NCBI GenBank assembly: GCA_018812825.1
Contig: JAHJCJ010000067.1
Span: 383 to 64,382, forward strand
Direction: 5' to 3'
DNA: 64,000 bases
DNA from: Candidatus Omnitrophota bacterium
GTDB taxonomy: Bacteria; Omnitrophota; Gorgyraeia; Gygaellales; Profunditerraquicolaceae
In this document: piece after piece, positions 27,647 through 38,202 of the stretch
How the letters are laid out: the number at the start of each line of letters is the position of its first letter
Position numbering within the stretch: position 1 is the stretch's first letter
Translations under genes and position numbers: made by a program
The notes under the pieces: generated by a model
What the model saw: only the letters and a program-made list of their open reading frames with translations
The model's database searches: none
Told to the model about the DNA's origin: nothing

Positions 27647-28873
27647 ATGTATAAGAAATTTCTGGGAAAGTGGATTCTTTTCCTCGTTCTTCTGGGCTTT
27701 AGCCTTTTTATGAGCCTGAAGACCGCCTTTATTATTTTCTATTTTTTCTTCTGGATCCTCCTATCTATTTTAACAGTAAGTTTTTTATGGCTGGTTTTGG
27801 TATATTTTTGCAAAAGGATATACTTGGAACGAAAAATAACACTTAAAATAGAAGAGGACGATATTCTAGAGATAACTTTAGAGATAAAGAATAAAAGTTT
27901 CTTGCCTATTTTTGATGTTGTATTGAAAGATTATTTAAGTTGTACGTATGCGCAAGAAAGGCAAAAGTTTATTATGCTGGATTTATTAATGCCTAATTCA
28001 GCGATTAAGCTTGTATACCATTGCCTTTGCCCTCAGAGGGGTAGGTATGAAATAGGCCCGTTGGTTGCTTATTTTTTTGACCCGCTGGGCCTGTTTTATT
28101 TTAAACAAGTATTTTCGGTGTATTCGGAAGTTTATGTTTATCCACGGACATTTAATATCCGTAAGTTCCCAGCTCTAAACAAAGGCACGTCTCCGTGGCT
28201 TGGCGTTGAAACATCGCGCGTAAGCGGCGATGATGACGAGTTTTATGGAGTGCGGGAATATAAAAGTGGGGACCCGTTAAAAAAGATACATTGGATGGTT
28301 TCTGCGCGTAAAAACCAGCTGATTGTAAAGGAATTTCAGCGCCAGAGTTTTTTTAGAGCGACCATCCTGTTTAATTTAGAGAAGGAAGATAATTCGGGAG
28401 AAGGTAAAGAGTCTGTTGCAGAGTATACCATAAAGATTGTAGCTTCGATTGCCAAATATCTTATTAATTTAGGCGTATCTGTTGAGGTTATTTCTCACGC
28501 AGGGGAAGTGGTGCACATTCCTTTTAACAAAGGGGCAGATCATCTAGAAGAAATCCTTAAATTTCTGACTATTGCGCAAGCAGAGAGCAGGATAACATTG
28601 TCCGAGCTTTTTGCCACCTTCCAGCGCAATATTTTAGAGGATTCAAGTTTAATTGTCGTAATGACGGACAAGAATAAAGCATTTTTGCCGGCGATGTTCT
28701 CCTTGGGGGTTAGAAACGTATCCCTGGTGCCCATATTTCTGGAATCTTCGACGTTTCTTAAAGATGATCCCGGTAAAAAAGATACTAAGGGCTATGGTAT
28801 TGATATATCTGAAAATATAAGCCTTAATCCTATTTATATTGCGTGTAAAGATAATTTAGAAGAAAAATTCTAG
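27647..28873 (+). CDS. DUF58-domain (vWA-like) membrane protein, MoxR partner
   Basis: N-terminal TM helices and 'FYGVREYKSGDPLKKIHWMVSARKNQLIVKEFQ' typical of DUF58 proteins encoded next to MoxR. Confidence 0.7.
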   Translation: MYKKFLGKWILFLVLLGFSLFMSLKTAFIIFYFFFWILLSILTVSFLWLVLVYFCKRIYLERKITLKIEEDDILEITLEIKNKSFLPIFDVVLKDYLSCTYAQERQKFIMLDLLMPNSAIKLVYHCLCPQRGRYEIGPLVAYFFDPLGLFYFKQVFSVYSEVYVYPRTFNIRKFPALNKGTSPWLGVETSRVSGDDDEFYGVREYKSGDPLKKIHWMVSARKNQLIVKEFQRQSFFRATILFNLEKEDNSGEGKESVAEYTIKIVASIAKYLINLGVSVEVISHAGEVVHIPFNKGADHLEEILKFLTIAQAESRITLSELFATFQRNILEDSSLIVVMTDKNKAFLPAMFSLGVRNVSLVPIFLESSTFLKDDPGKKDTKGYGIDISENISLNPIYIACKDNLEEKF

Positions 28874-28881
28874 TGTAGGCT

Positions 28882-31581
28882 ATGGAAACCAAAGAACGCT
28901 ATTTTCACCCAGTGTATTTTTTGACGTTTTTACTTTTTCTGCCGCTATTGTTTTTATTTCCCGAAGAAGCAAAACCTTTGCGCATTTTCCTCGTCGGCGG
29001 TATCATTATAGGTGCGGGTGTCGCTTACATCAGCCGCAATCAGCTTTATTCTTTCAGGAGATTTGCGACCCTGGCAGTGAGCCTATTAATTTTGGCGGGT
29101 ACAGTTTACTTTGTGCTTAAATCTACCTTTCTCTATAGAGAGGTAATTGTTATCTGTATCAAAAGCCTGTCACTTTTAATAGTAGCCAATAGCTTCAGTT
29201 CATGCCTGCAGGGCTACTTAAATTCCATGCAGATTTTTAGTATTTTATTATTCTTCTGCATATGCGCGTTGACTAAAGGCTACAGCAATCTTTTTTTTAT
29301 CCTGGCTACAGGATTTGTTTTTAACCTCTTGACAGTGACCAGGATAAAGTTCTATATTCTTTTTAACAATTCTAAACAAACACGGGGGGAACATCAAGGG
29401 ATCAGCGCGTTTTTTATTATCGCTCTTGTTTTATCGGCACTATTGGCATGGGTATTGTTTATGAATTTACCTTTGGGAAAAATTAAAGCATGGGAGTATC
29501 TAAAGGACGAAGACGGGGGCTCGATGGAAGAGCAGGAAAAAGAAAAAGGCGCCTCTTTGCCGGAAGAACAAATCCAAAAGGAATTGACTAAATTGACATT
29601 TAAGCTTTCCTCTACCGATGAAATGCACCGGATGCTTGCGGCAATTCAGGATTTGTTAATTAAGGAGAAACCGTTCGCCTATGAAGCGAACAAAGCGCAA
29701 AAAGACATATTAGAAATAATCAAGAATCCAATTTTAGCCCAGGACGTAGCGAAAACGAAAGAATTACGTGATTCAATCAAAGCGTATGCAGGTAAAAAAA
29801 TATTAAATAATTTAACCCGGATAAGGGCCGGTATAAATAATGTTATTGAAGATAACCGTATTGGTTTACGGCAAAGGTTCGCTATATTAAGTTCAGTTAA
29901 TAAATTAGAATACAGTAATTCTTTAGAAGGGATTGATAAGTATAGTGAGCAGTTACAAACCGTTGTTAACGACGTTTCTATTCCTGATAAAACAAGGAAG
30001 CAATTAAAACAATTTAATAAGCAGCTCAAAGAATGGAAGGCCTATCAAGTGTATTCTAAGAAATTTGATTCTTTTAAAGGGAAAATTGACACCTTGGATG
30101 AAAATAAAAAACAGGATTTTAATTCTTTGGCTCAACAAATTAGCGATGCGAATACAGTCTCTGATTCTATAATGGCAGGGAAGTTGATAGAAAGAATGCG
30201 CCAGACGTCGTTTTTAGAAGATGATAAACTTATTAATGAGGCAGAAGAGATACTTAAGTTAAAGAAAATTATGCTCGCGTCGAAAGAAAGTAGCCTGTTG
30301 CGTAAAAAACTAGAAGATTCTGGGCATCCAGTGGATAAGCCGCCTGAACTTGAAGATGTGCTTAATGCAATCGAGGAATCTCGTAATCCGCAAGAGATTT
30401 TGAAAAAAATATCCAAACTCCTAGAACGCATGCGCGAAGATAGCTACTTTCAGATTCCCCGGGAAGTAAAAGATATGTTGGGGGCAAAGATAGAAAGCAT
30501 GATTAAGGAATCGGTTGATGCTTTAAAGAAACAAATCCAAGAAAGCAACCTTCCTGATTCCGGAGAAAGCTTATTAGAAGGTTTAAGAGCCATGGACTTG
30601 GAGCGTACAAAAGACAAAATAACCTCTGTTGCCGAAGCAATGCAGAGTTCATTAGAAACATTTTACAAGCAAGGCAGTATTACTAAAGAAACGAAGGATA
30701 ATTTAATAAAAGAAACGAAAAAGATAAAACAACTTTTTATTGTAAGGTTGGATTTAGCTAATATGGATAAACAAGAGAAGCCTTCGGATAAAGATAGTCC
30801 TTTGGGTTATCAGGAAAAGGTAGCTAATCTTCTGCAGGATTTATCTTTGGATAATGAGCAGAAAGAGCGGATAAAAAAGCTTATGGATAAACTGGAGGAG
30901 GCTAAAACAATATCGCAGGTTGAAGATGTGCTCGAGGCCATTAATCAAGAGTTAGACGTATTAACTAAAAAAGATAACACTAAGGATTTAGAGAAGATAA
31001 AAGAGCTTATACGGCAGGCAGCTGAAGAAAAAAAGATGTTTGTTGTTGAGAAAGATAGCTATGACTTACGGGAAAAGATTGAAGATTTAAAAAATGTATT
31101 ACCACGGCAAGCTGCTTTGCTGGAAAAAAATTTAGATAAAATAAGGGAAAGTAAAACCAATCAAGATTTATTAAATAGTGCAAGCGCGCTTAAAGATTTA
31201 TCTGAAACAAGACAGTTTGAAAAGCAATTTAAAATAGATGAATCTTTGGAGGTATTTGAGAATGCGGAGCAGCAGGAGCGGCTGAAAATAGACCTGTTAC
31301 CGGGTTATATTGTTTTGCCTTTTAAGTCAAACGTTTCTTTAAAAAGCGTAGCCATCTACGATAATTTTGTTAAAGAAATCGCTCCTGAGCTGGAATGGTT
31401 TTCTTCAAATCCTTCCGTAGCTTTTGTTAATCAGCTTGGCCTGGTTTATGCCAAGGGTATAGGCGAGGCAGAGATAACCTGCCGTTATAGGGGGACAGTG
31501 AGCAGAAAATGTAAAGTTACGGTAGTTGAAACGATCTCTGATCCCGAGCTTGCCCTTATTAAAAATGAATTAGAAATATAG
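28882..31581 (+). CDS. 899-aa polytopic membrane protein with a long Lys/Glu-rich coiled-coil region and a C-terminal Big_2-like Ig domain
   Basis: ~6 N-terminal TM helices (in the position of the DUF3488/transglutaminase-like partner of MoxR-DUF58 operons, but with no TGase Cys motif), ~500 aa of K/E/L-rich heptads, and a C-terminal 'VAFVNQLGLVYAKGIGEAEITCRYRG' Big_2-like domain. Confidence 0.5.
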   Translation: METKERYFHPVYFLTFLLFLPLLFLFPEEAKPLRIFLVGGIIIGAGVAYISRNQLYSFRRFATLAVSLLILAGTVYFVLKSTFLYREVIVICIKSLSLLIVANSFSSCLQGYLNSMQIFSILLFFCICALTKGYSNLFFILATGFVFNLLTVTRIKFYILFNNSKQTRGEHQGISAFFIIALVLSALLAWVLFMNLPLGKIKAWEYLKDEDGGSMEEQEKEKGASLPEEQIQKELTKLTFKLSSTDEMHRMLAAIQDLLIKEKPFAYEANKAQKDILEIIKNPILAQDVAKTKELRDSIKAYAGKKILNNLTRIRAGINNVIEDNRIGLRQRFAILSSVNKLEYSNSLEGIDKYSEQLQTVVNDVSIPDKTRKQLKQFNKQLKEWKAYQVYSKKFDSFKGKIDTLDENKKQDFNSLAQQISDANTVSDSIMAGKLIERMRQTSFLEDDKLINEAEEILKLKKIMLASKESSLLRKKLEDSGHPVDKPPELEDVLNAIEESRNPQEILKKISKLLERMREDSYFQIPREVKDMLGAKIESMIKESVDALKKQIQESNLPDSGESLLEGLRAMDLERTKDKITSVAEAMQSSLETFYKQGSITKETKDNLIKETKKIKQLFIVRLDLANMDKQEKPSDKDSPLGYQEKVANLLQDLSLDNEQKERIKKLMDKLEEAKTISQVEDVLEAINQELDVLTKKDNTKDLEKIKELIRQAAEEKKMFVVEKDSYDLREKIEDLKNVLPRQAALLEKNLDKIRESKTNQDLLNSASALKDLSETRQFEKQFKIDESLEVFENAEQQERLKIDLLPGYIVLPFKSNVSLKSVAIYDNFVKEIAPELEWFSSNPSVAFVNQLGLVYAKGIGEAEITCRYRGTVSRKCKVTVVETISDPELALIKNELEI

Positions 31582-31586
31582 GCAAA

Positions 31587-33746
31587 TTGATGAGAATAAA
31601 AAGACTTTTTTTATTGGTTTACTTAATGAGTTTATTCTGCTGCAAGTTTAGCTATGCAGAACGAGCATACCAAGAAAAAATAACCCCGCAGGGAAAAGTT
31701 ATATTTGGGCTTAGAGGGGAAGAGGCGCTTAATAAATATGGGGTACCCGCATCTATTAAAGGGAATCTGTGGTATTATGGCGACTCAGAAAAATTGTATA
31801 TTTATTTGGAAGAACCGCTTGAAGTATATCTTTATCCTCGTTTTATTAAAGGATATGTAGATTCTCCTTTAGAGCTGAGGACGCTCGCCGGCTCACAAGA
31901 AATAACCGATGTAACATCTAAATCTGAGCTGCTTTTAAGTAAAGCAGAAGGTTTTAATATAGTTGGCCAGGGGGTCCTGGTGCCTAAAAAACCCGGCGAC
32001 TATCAAATTATAGCTATGTATAAAGGCCGCTATAGCAATGCTAGCTTTATTTCTGTAGCTGAGGCCAAAAAAGAGGTTGTGGCAGAGGAGCAGCTAATTA
32101 GCATAGATATTTTTCCTTATAAACCTTATGCAAATCCTAATGCTACGGTTTATTTCTATGCTTTTGGCACATTTGTTTTTAAGGGGCGTTATACAGTAAG
32201 AGAGATAACTATGCAGGCAGAATGGTTTAGCGAGCAATATGACCAAATCCTGAAACTGAAAGATTCGAAAGTTGCATTATTGCCTCCGGGAAAGTCCAAA
32301 ATATTTTGCAAGTATAAAGGATTACAGGGTATTCCTCAGGATGTTGAGGTCGCAAAAAGCCCTGTTCGGCTTAACCGTTCTTTAAAACAGGTTTCTATTA
32401 TTCCTACTGATGTTGCCGCAGCCATCCAAACCAGCATACCTTTTCATGCCTTTGCCACTTACGAGGATAACAGCGTAGAAGAAGTGACTAAAAGAATAGG
32501 CTGGGTTATTAAGGATAAGGCAATTTTAGAGAGAGAATCAGATAATATTTTTGTTGCTAAACTTGTCGGGGTAACTGAACTGCAGGGAGTGTTGGGAAAT
32601 TTACGCAGCTTACCAGTTAAAGTGGTAGTTTCAAGTTCTCCGGTTAATAAGGGCAAAGCGGAGAAGATAAAGAAACAGAAAATAAACCTCGATGATTTGT
32701 TCGAGGATATTAAGGGCGATATAAAAGACTTGAATATAAAAGTTGCCGAAGAGAATAAGTTTAAGTATATAAAGATAGTTCCAGACCATTGCGATATTTC
32801 AGTAGGGGCTCAAAAGCAATTTTCTGCTTTTGGGGTGCGGCAGGATAATACAGAGGAAGATATTACTATATTGGGCAAGTGGAAAGTTCTTGATCATAAA
32901 TTTACTACTGTAAAGAGCGGTTTAGTCAATGCTATCTCTCTAGGGGAGATTAAGGTTTGTGTTCAATATAAGAACATAGAAAATCAATGCATCCCGGTCA
33001 TCGTAAGAGAAGCAAAGTTAATTTCTATAGCGGTTTCTCCGCCACAATTGAAAATAGCTAAAGGTGAACATATGGGCTTGAAAGCGGAAGGGTATTTTGG
33101 CGACTCATCCCATAGAGATATTACTCTTTTAGTTGGTTGGGTATGTAGTGATTTAAACATAGCGAAGATGGATAAAAACAATGTTTGGCCTATAAGGGTT
33201 GGCCAAACAAAAATATTTGCTGAATATTTAGGAATACGAAGCCTTCCTGTGGAGATGGAGGTGGTGCAAGAAAAATATTGGTTATTGAAACTTATTGCAA
33301 AGATACTATGTTTGATATTTTTAGCCGGATTCCTGCTGTATTCTTATTTCTATATATTGACTGAGAAATCTAAGGGGTATATCCTTAGCTTGTATTCTAG
33401 CCCAAGAGACTTGACTATCGCTCTCTACAAGAATCTTAACAAAATAATTTCCATCTTTGGCATACAGCAGAAATTTTATATGCCGCCATTGTTTTTAGCC
33501 GGGTTGGCTGATGAAAAATATGCCATAAATGATAATTTGTTTTTGAGATTTACGCAACGATATGAAGAAGCCAAATATAGCTCCCATATTTTTCCTCCGG
33601 AAGCATCCCATTCGATCCTGGAGGCATATAACCAGATATTAAAAATCGTTTTTGCGCAGCATAAGAAAAGAACATTGGCATGTAGATATTTAAAGGCTTT
33701 AATAAGCAAGACGCCATTTTTTATATGCAAAATTCAGCCGAGCTAA
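31587..33746 (+). CDS. 719-aa secreted, membrane-anchored protein with ~4 Big_2-like Ig domains, a C-terminal TM helix and a cytoplasmic tail
   Basis: Signal peptide; repeated ~90-aa beta-rich units ('ISIDIFPY...', 'VSIIPTDV...', 'IKIVPDHCDISVGA...', 'ISIAVSPPQLKIAKGE...'); hydrophobic 'LIAKILCLIFLAGFLLYSYFYIL' near the C-terminus. Confidence 0.5.
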   Translation: MMRIKRLFLLVYLMSLFCCKFSYAERAYQEKITPQGKVIFGLRGEEALNKYGVPASIKGNLWYYGDSEKLYIYLEEPLEVYLYPRFIKGYVDSPLELRTLAGSQEITDVTSKSELLLSKAEGFNIVGQGVLVPKKPGDYQIIAMYKGRYSNASFISVAEAKKEVVAEEQLISIDIFPYKPYANPNATVYFYAFGTFVFKGRYTVREITMQAEWFSEQYDQILKLKDSKVALLPPGKSKIFCKYKGLQGIPQDVEVAKSPVRLNRSLKQVSIIPTDVAAAIQTSIPFHAFATYEDNSVEEVTKRIGWVIKDKAILERESDNIFVAKLVGVTELQGVLGNLRSLPVKVVVSSSPVNKGKAEKIKKQKINLDDLFEDIKGDIKDLNIKVAEENKFKYIKIVPDHCDISVGAQKQFSAFGVRQDNTEEDITILGKWKVLDHKFTTVKSGLVNAISLGEIKVCVQYKNIENQCIPVIVREAKLISIAVSPPQLKIAKGEHMGLKAEGYFGDSSHRDITLLVGWVCSDLNIAKMDKNNVWPIRVGQTKIFAEYLGIRSLPVEMEVVQEKYWLLKLIAKILCLIFLAGFLLYSYFYILTEKSKGYILSLYSSPRDLTIALYKNLNKIISIFGIQQKFYMPPLFLAGLADEKYAINDNLFLRFTQRYEEAKYSSHIFPPEASHSILEAYNQILKIVFAQHKKRTLACRYLKALISKTPFFICKIQPS

Positions 33747-34235
33747 ATATACAATAGATGTTTTTTAATTTACTACTGTTTAAAATGAAGAGAATCATAG
33801 CAATAGTTTTTTTCTGCCCCCAGGGATGTTTTTGGCAAATGTGTTTTGTTTCCGGTAGCCGTATGGCGTTTATAGCTACGGATTTTTCTGCGAAGAAGGA
33901 AGTTGCTGGGCTGAACTATGGGGTTGATCTACCAGGTTCTTGTTTTGCTATATTTCTGACCGGTATTTTCTTGATCCATATCCTTGGAATAGCTTGAAGT
34001 TGTTTTGTAGCTACGGCTATAAATTTTTCTGTTTTAATAGTATTAAGTTTGAGTGGAAACAGGTTCTAACCTCTTGATATTTTATTTATATAATGTATAA
34101 TTACCTTGCCTATGATTTTAAGGTGTGGCTATAATTTATATCGATAAGCATAGTTTATGTTTTTACGGCAAACAACGTGGTCTCTAAAGTATTGCGGACA
34201 AGTTTTATTCCGAGGGCTCTATTTGATAAGTTTAT

Positions 34236-34316
34236 GCGCGGGTGGTGAAATGGCAGACACGCAAGCATGAGGGGCTTGTGCCGAAAGGCTTGGGGGTTCA
34301 ACTCCCCCCTCGCGCA
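34236..34316 (+). tRNA. tRNA-Leu (anticodon GAG), long variable arm, no encoded CCA
   Basis: Manual fold: acceptor GCGCGGG/CTCGCGC, D stem GTG/CAC, anticodon stem CAAGC/GCTTG with loop ATGAGGG, 13-nt variable arm, T arm GGGGG-TTCAACT-CCCCC. Confidence 0.75.
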
Positions 34317-34501
34317 TTAAATTATCAGGTTGGCTCTAAATAAAATCCTACCTGTAGAGTTTTTCCTGCCTTTTGAGCCCTGTGTAATATTAATTTGTAC
34401 TATAGAGGTTTTTAAGGTTTTAATTACCAGCGCTTTCTTAGCTTTAGGGGTTATTTTTTATCAGGCTAGGTTGTTTATCGAGGAAAGTTGTAATCTGATT
34501 T

Positions 34502-35440
34502 TTAAGGCTGGTTGTCCTGGCGCTTGTCTTTAACATAGTTGCTTTTTTCTAAATTCTTAGCCATCTTTTTTAGCTCTGCTCCAATTTCACCGACCTGAGC
34601 TACATGCGTAATATCGCGCGTTGTATTAGTTACCACGCCTATAGAGACGGAGAGCAGGCGGATTTTATGGATTTGTTTTTGTCGGTCGTATCCTACGATA
34701 AAACCGTTATCCTTGTCCTCTTTATTATAGAATGACGGCGAAATTTTATCAAAATCACGGATAATCCTTTCGCAAATTTTATCTGATAAATCCGGGGTAG
34801 TTATAACTACAAAATCATCGCCTCCGATATGGCCTACAAAATCCTGTGGGTTGCCGTATTCTTTTGCAGCGCCAAGCAGTATGCGCGCGGTTTCGCGAAT
34901 TACATCATCTCCGTGTTCAAACCCGTACTTATCATTGTAGGCTTTGAATTTATCCAGGTCGATATAACAGACCGCATAAGGTTTTTTATTTACAATGCAA
35001 TTTGAAAGCTCATTAAGGATGGCTACATTGCCGGGTAGGCGGGTAAGTGGGTTTGCTTCAAGATCCCTTTTGGTGCGTCTTAACACCATGCGTATCCTGG
35101 CCAGAAGTTCTTTGGGCTCGAAAGGCTTGACAATATAATCGTCAGCTCCGGAGTCAATGCCGTCAATTTTATCGCTGATTTCGCCTTTGCCCGTGACCAT
35201 GATTATCGGCAGATGAGCTAGCAGCAAATCTTTTTTAATTAAATCACACAATTGCAATCCGTCCATTTTCGGCATTTTATAATCCAAAAGGACCAGGTCC
35301 AGGGGTTTTGAGCGGATTATTTCTAAGGCCTCTTCGCCGTTTTTTGCTTCAATAGTTTCATAATTTTCTTCGGTAAGAGTAATTTTAAGCACATCTCTTA
35401 TATCCGGATCGTCGTCAGCAATAAGAATTCTTATTTTCAT
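34502..35440 (-). CDS. Response regulator with REC + GGDEF (diguanylate cyclase-like) domains; GGDEF motif reads GGDDF
   Basis: 'ILIADDDPDIRDVL...LVLLDYKMPKMDGL' receiver, then 'RLPGN...YAVCYIDLDKFKAYND..GHIGGDDFVV' GGDEF domain. Confidence 0.8.
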   Translation of the reverse strand: MKIRILIADDDPDIRDVLKITLTEENYETIEAKNGEEALEIIRSKPLDLVLLDYKMPKMDGLQLCDLIKKDLLLAHLPIIMVTGKGEISDKIDGIDSGADDYIVKPFEPKELLARIRMVLRRTKRDLEANPLTRLPGNVAILNELSNCIVNKKPYAVCYIDLDKFKAYNDKYGFEHGDDVIRETARILLGAAKEYGNPQDFVGHIGGDDFVVITTPDLSDKICERIIRDFDKISPSFYNKEDKDNGFIVGYDRQKQIHKIRLLSVSIGVVTNTTRDITHVAQVGEIGAELKKMAKNLEKSNYVKDKRQDNQP

Positions 35441-35448
35441 AATTTTAT

Positions 35449-36924
35449 TTAGTCAGAATTAAGGGTAAAGCTAAAAGTCGAACCTTCGTTAATTCTGCTT
35501 TTTACCCATATCCTTCCTTGGTGCGCCTCAATAATGTGTTTGACTAAAGTAAGCCCCAGGCCGGTGCCTTTTACTTCCTGATTGATAGCGTTTTCCACGC
35601 GGAAAAATTCTTCAAATATCCTTTCTTGGGCGTCTTCGGGAATGCCAAAACCGGTATCGATAACATCTATTTGAATTATCCTGCCTGAACGGTGTGCGTT
35701 TATGCTGATTTTACCTTTTTCAGGCGTAAATTTTAGCGCATTTCCGACTAAATTAATAAAGACCCTTTCAATCTGGCTGCGGTCAGCCAATATTCTTTGG
35801 CAATCATCAGGTATATTACTGCTAAAGGATATGTTTTTTGTTTTTAATTGTTCAGAAAGCAAATCAGCTATTTTATCGGCGATATATTTCAGCTCTAAAC
35901 TCTCCATATGCATATTTACCTTGCCGGATTCAATACGTGAAATATCTAGTAAGTCGTTTACCATATGCACCAGCTCATCGCTATGACGGTTGATCTTTTC
36001 AAGCCGGTTTTTTATCTCATCCGGCACAACTCCTAATTTACCGGCAAGTAAGATAGACGCATAACCTTTGATTGATGTAAGGGGAGTGCGTAGTTCGTGA
36101 GATACGCTAGAGATAAAATCACTTTTGCGTTTGCTAATTTTGCCTACTTCTTCCAATGCATGGGTAAGCTGACGGGTTCTTTCCTCAACTTTTATTTCCA
36201 GTTCTTGCTGTGACCTCCAGGTTTTTTCAAAAAGCCGGGCGTTATCTAAAGTCTGGCCGATTTGATTAGCCAGGATAGTAATAAGTTCTTGGTCTCCTTC
36301 GGTTATGCAAGTTTCAATATTTTGGGTGCCTACAAAGATAAAGCCTTGATCTCCTTCCTGGGCCAGTATGGGGCAGATAATAAATGAACGCACCAGAAAT
36401 AACTGATAAATTTTGTCTTTTGTTATGAAATCATTGGGGATGAATACGGAGGAGGCGGTTTTTCCGCTATGGATTAAATCCAGATAGCAATTTTTATCGG
36501 TATTAACTGCGATTTTTATTTTTTCAGATTCATCGTTGCTGTACCCAAGGTTTAAGCATGGATGGAACTCTCTTTTTAAGTCGTTCCATAAAAAGGCAAG
36601 GGATTTTTCAAATCCCAGTTCTTCTAAATATTCGTTACCTATTTTCTTAAAAATCTGTTTTTCTTCCAAGGTGGTGCTTATATCTCGGGATAGCCTCTGT
36701 AAAATATTAAGCCCGGAGACCTTTTTGTCTAATTCTTCTTGAGTCTTATTCAGCTCCATGTCTGTGCGCATGATCAATTTTGCCTGCTCATCCATTTCTT
36801 CTAGGGAGTTTTTTAATACATCTACCTGTTTATCCCTATCTTTTATCTGTTGTGTCTTGGAAAGTAAAAGTAATCCGAGGCTGGCGACAATGAAACAAAT
36901 GCTAAGGAATATGAAATGTAACAT
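35449..36924 (-). CDS. GAF-domain sensor histidine kinase
   Basis: N-terminal TM + coiled coil, GAF-like middle region, H-box 'SHELRTPLTSIKGYA', N/G-boxes 'LVGNALKFT' and 'GTGLGLTLVKHIIEAHQG'. Confidence 0.8.
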   Translation of the reverse strand: MLHFIFLSICFIVASLGLLLLSKTQQIKDRDKQVDVLKNSLEEMDEQAKLIMRTDMELNKTQEELDKKVSGLNILQRLSRDISTTLEEKQIFKKIGNEYLEELGFEKSLAFLWNDLKREFHPCLNLGYSNDESEKIKIAVNTDKNCYLDLIHSGKTASSVFIPNDFITKDKIYQLFLVRSFIICPILAQEGDQGFIFVGTQNIETCITEGDQELITILANQIGQTLDNARLFEKTWRSQQELEIKVEERTRQLTHALEEVGKISKRKSDFISSVSHELRTPLTSIKGYASILLAGKLGVVPDEIKNRLEKINRHSDELVHMVNDLLDISRIESGKVNMHMESLELKYIADKIADLLSEQLKTKNISFSSNIPDDCQRILADRSQIERVFINLVGNALKFTPEKGKISINAHRSGRIIQIDVIDTGFGIPEDAQERIFEEFFRVENAINQEVKGTGLGLTLVKHIIEAHQGRIWVKSRINEGSTFSFTLNSD

Positions 36925-36925
36925 T

Positions 36926-38149
36926 TTATTGGCCTCCGAAAGCTAGGACGTTAATGCTTTGATTATGGAAATAAGCCCGGCCAAGATAATTTATAGATTT
37001 TAGCGGGGCCTGTTCACCATAAGTATATATTCCTATCAAAGGGATATTTTCACCGAACACCGCTTTAATTATATCAAGCTCTCTTGAACGATGTCTGCCT
37101 AAGAGCGTAAATCTTGAAGCCGAATCAAAAACCATCACGAATTTTGTTTTCTGCGCCCCAAGATTCCTTTTTGCTTCTTCGCAGGAAGTTACTGCCGCGG
37201 CAAGGCAAGAGTCTTTAGTGCCAATCATTAACCGGATTGGACTATCTTGAGGGATGTCTCCTTGGGTAACCAGTGATCCATCATCTTTTATGGAGATAAT
37301 GTTGCGCAGAAGGTATTCCTTTTCTCCGTGTAGATAAATACCTATTGGATAGAAAATAGATATGCGCCGCAGTTCTTTAGCTAGCTCTAAAGCGTTCTTA
37401 GCAAAGTAGTCTTCATAAAGTTTTACTGCGGGCTCGCCGTTAATTTCCTTAATAATATTTCCTTCGGCCTTGGTAACGTAACGTATCTTTCCTAAGGCTT
37501 TCCATCCGTGTTTAATCCCAAACCCGAAATTTATTTTTCCACCGAAAAGCAGTCCGCAGCATGCATCTGTAAATACGTCTTTATCGAAATACTGAAAGGT
37601 TTTTGTAAAGGCAAAATTATCCGAGGCCGAAGCTCCGATTAAGGGAAAGCTTCTGCCTAGGTTTTCCTGGAGCCCATTAATTAAACTTGTCCCATCTGAT
37701 ATCAATCCGTCTGAAAAAATTAAGCTTAGGTTCCTGCGCACATCTTTACAGCCGTATAATAATTTTTCTCCTAATTCCCTGCCAGCAGCGATAGGTGTTT
37801 TTTTGTTCACATCTTTAACCAGGGCGAGATTTAAAAATATTTGTTGGTTTAAGCTAACTAGCAGAATGGCAAAACCGTGTTTGTGTATCCCCTTATTCGT
37901 TATAATCCCTAAGCTGCTGCAGCCTAATATGGGAATTCCGCCTAATAAATTATTTGCGATTTTTAAAACCAGCGGATGCGCGAATTCTATCGTAGTAAAG
38001 ATAATAGCTAAATCTCCGCGTGTTTTTCTTAATCCGATTATCGCCTGTCCAACTGCTTCATTAGCGGCTTGGATATGGTCCCTGTTTTCACTAAAGCCAA
38101 GGCTTATATTCATGCCAGTCAGTATATAATGTAAATATAGGAGGGTCAA
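36926..38149 (-). CDS. FIST-domain sensor protein (FIST_N + FIST_C)
   Basis: ~400-aa soluble protein with paired Gly-rich 'LGCSSLGII' and 'IGIYTYGEQAP' motifs characteristic of FIST domains; first gene of the minus-strand signalling operon. Confidence 0.55.
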   Translation of the reverse strand: MTLLYLHYILTGMNISLGFSENRDHIQAANEAVGQAIIGLRKTRGDLAIIFTTIEFAHPLVLKIANNLLGGIPILGCSSLGIITNKGIHKHGFAILLVSLNQQIFLNLALVKDVNKKTPIAAGRELGEKLLYGCKDVRRNLSLIFSDGLISDGTSLINGLQENLGRSFPLIGASASDNFAFTKTFQYFDKDVFTDACCGLLFGGKINFGFGIKHGWKALGKIRYVTKAEGNIIKEINGEPAVKLYEDYFAKNALELAKELRRISIFYPIGIYLHGEKEYLLRNIISIKDDGSLVTQGDIPQDSPIRLMIGTKDSCLAAAVTSCEEAKRNLGAQKTKFVMVFDSASRFTLLGRHRSRELDIIKAVFGENIPLIGIYTYGEQAPLKSINYLGRAYFHNQSINVLAFGGQ

Positions 38150-38202
38150 TATAATTGTTGACTAAAGACACTTATATAGTAAAATAACTTTGCATATTTT
38201 CT

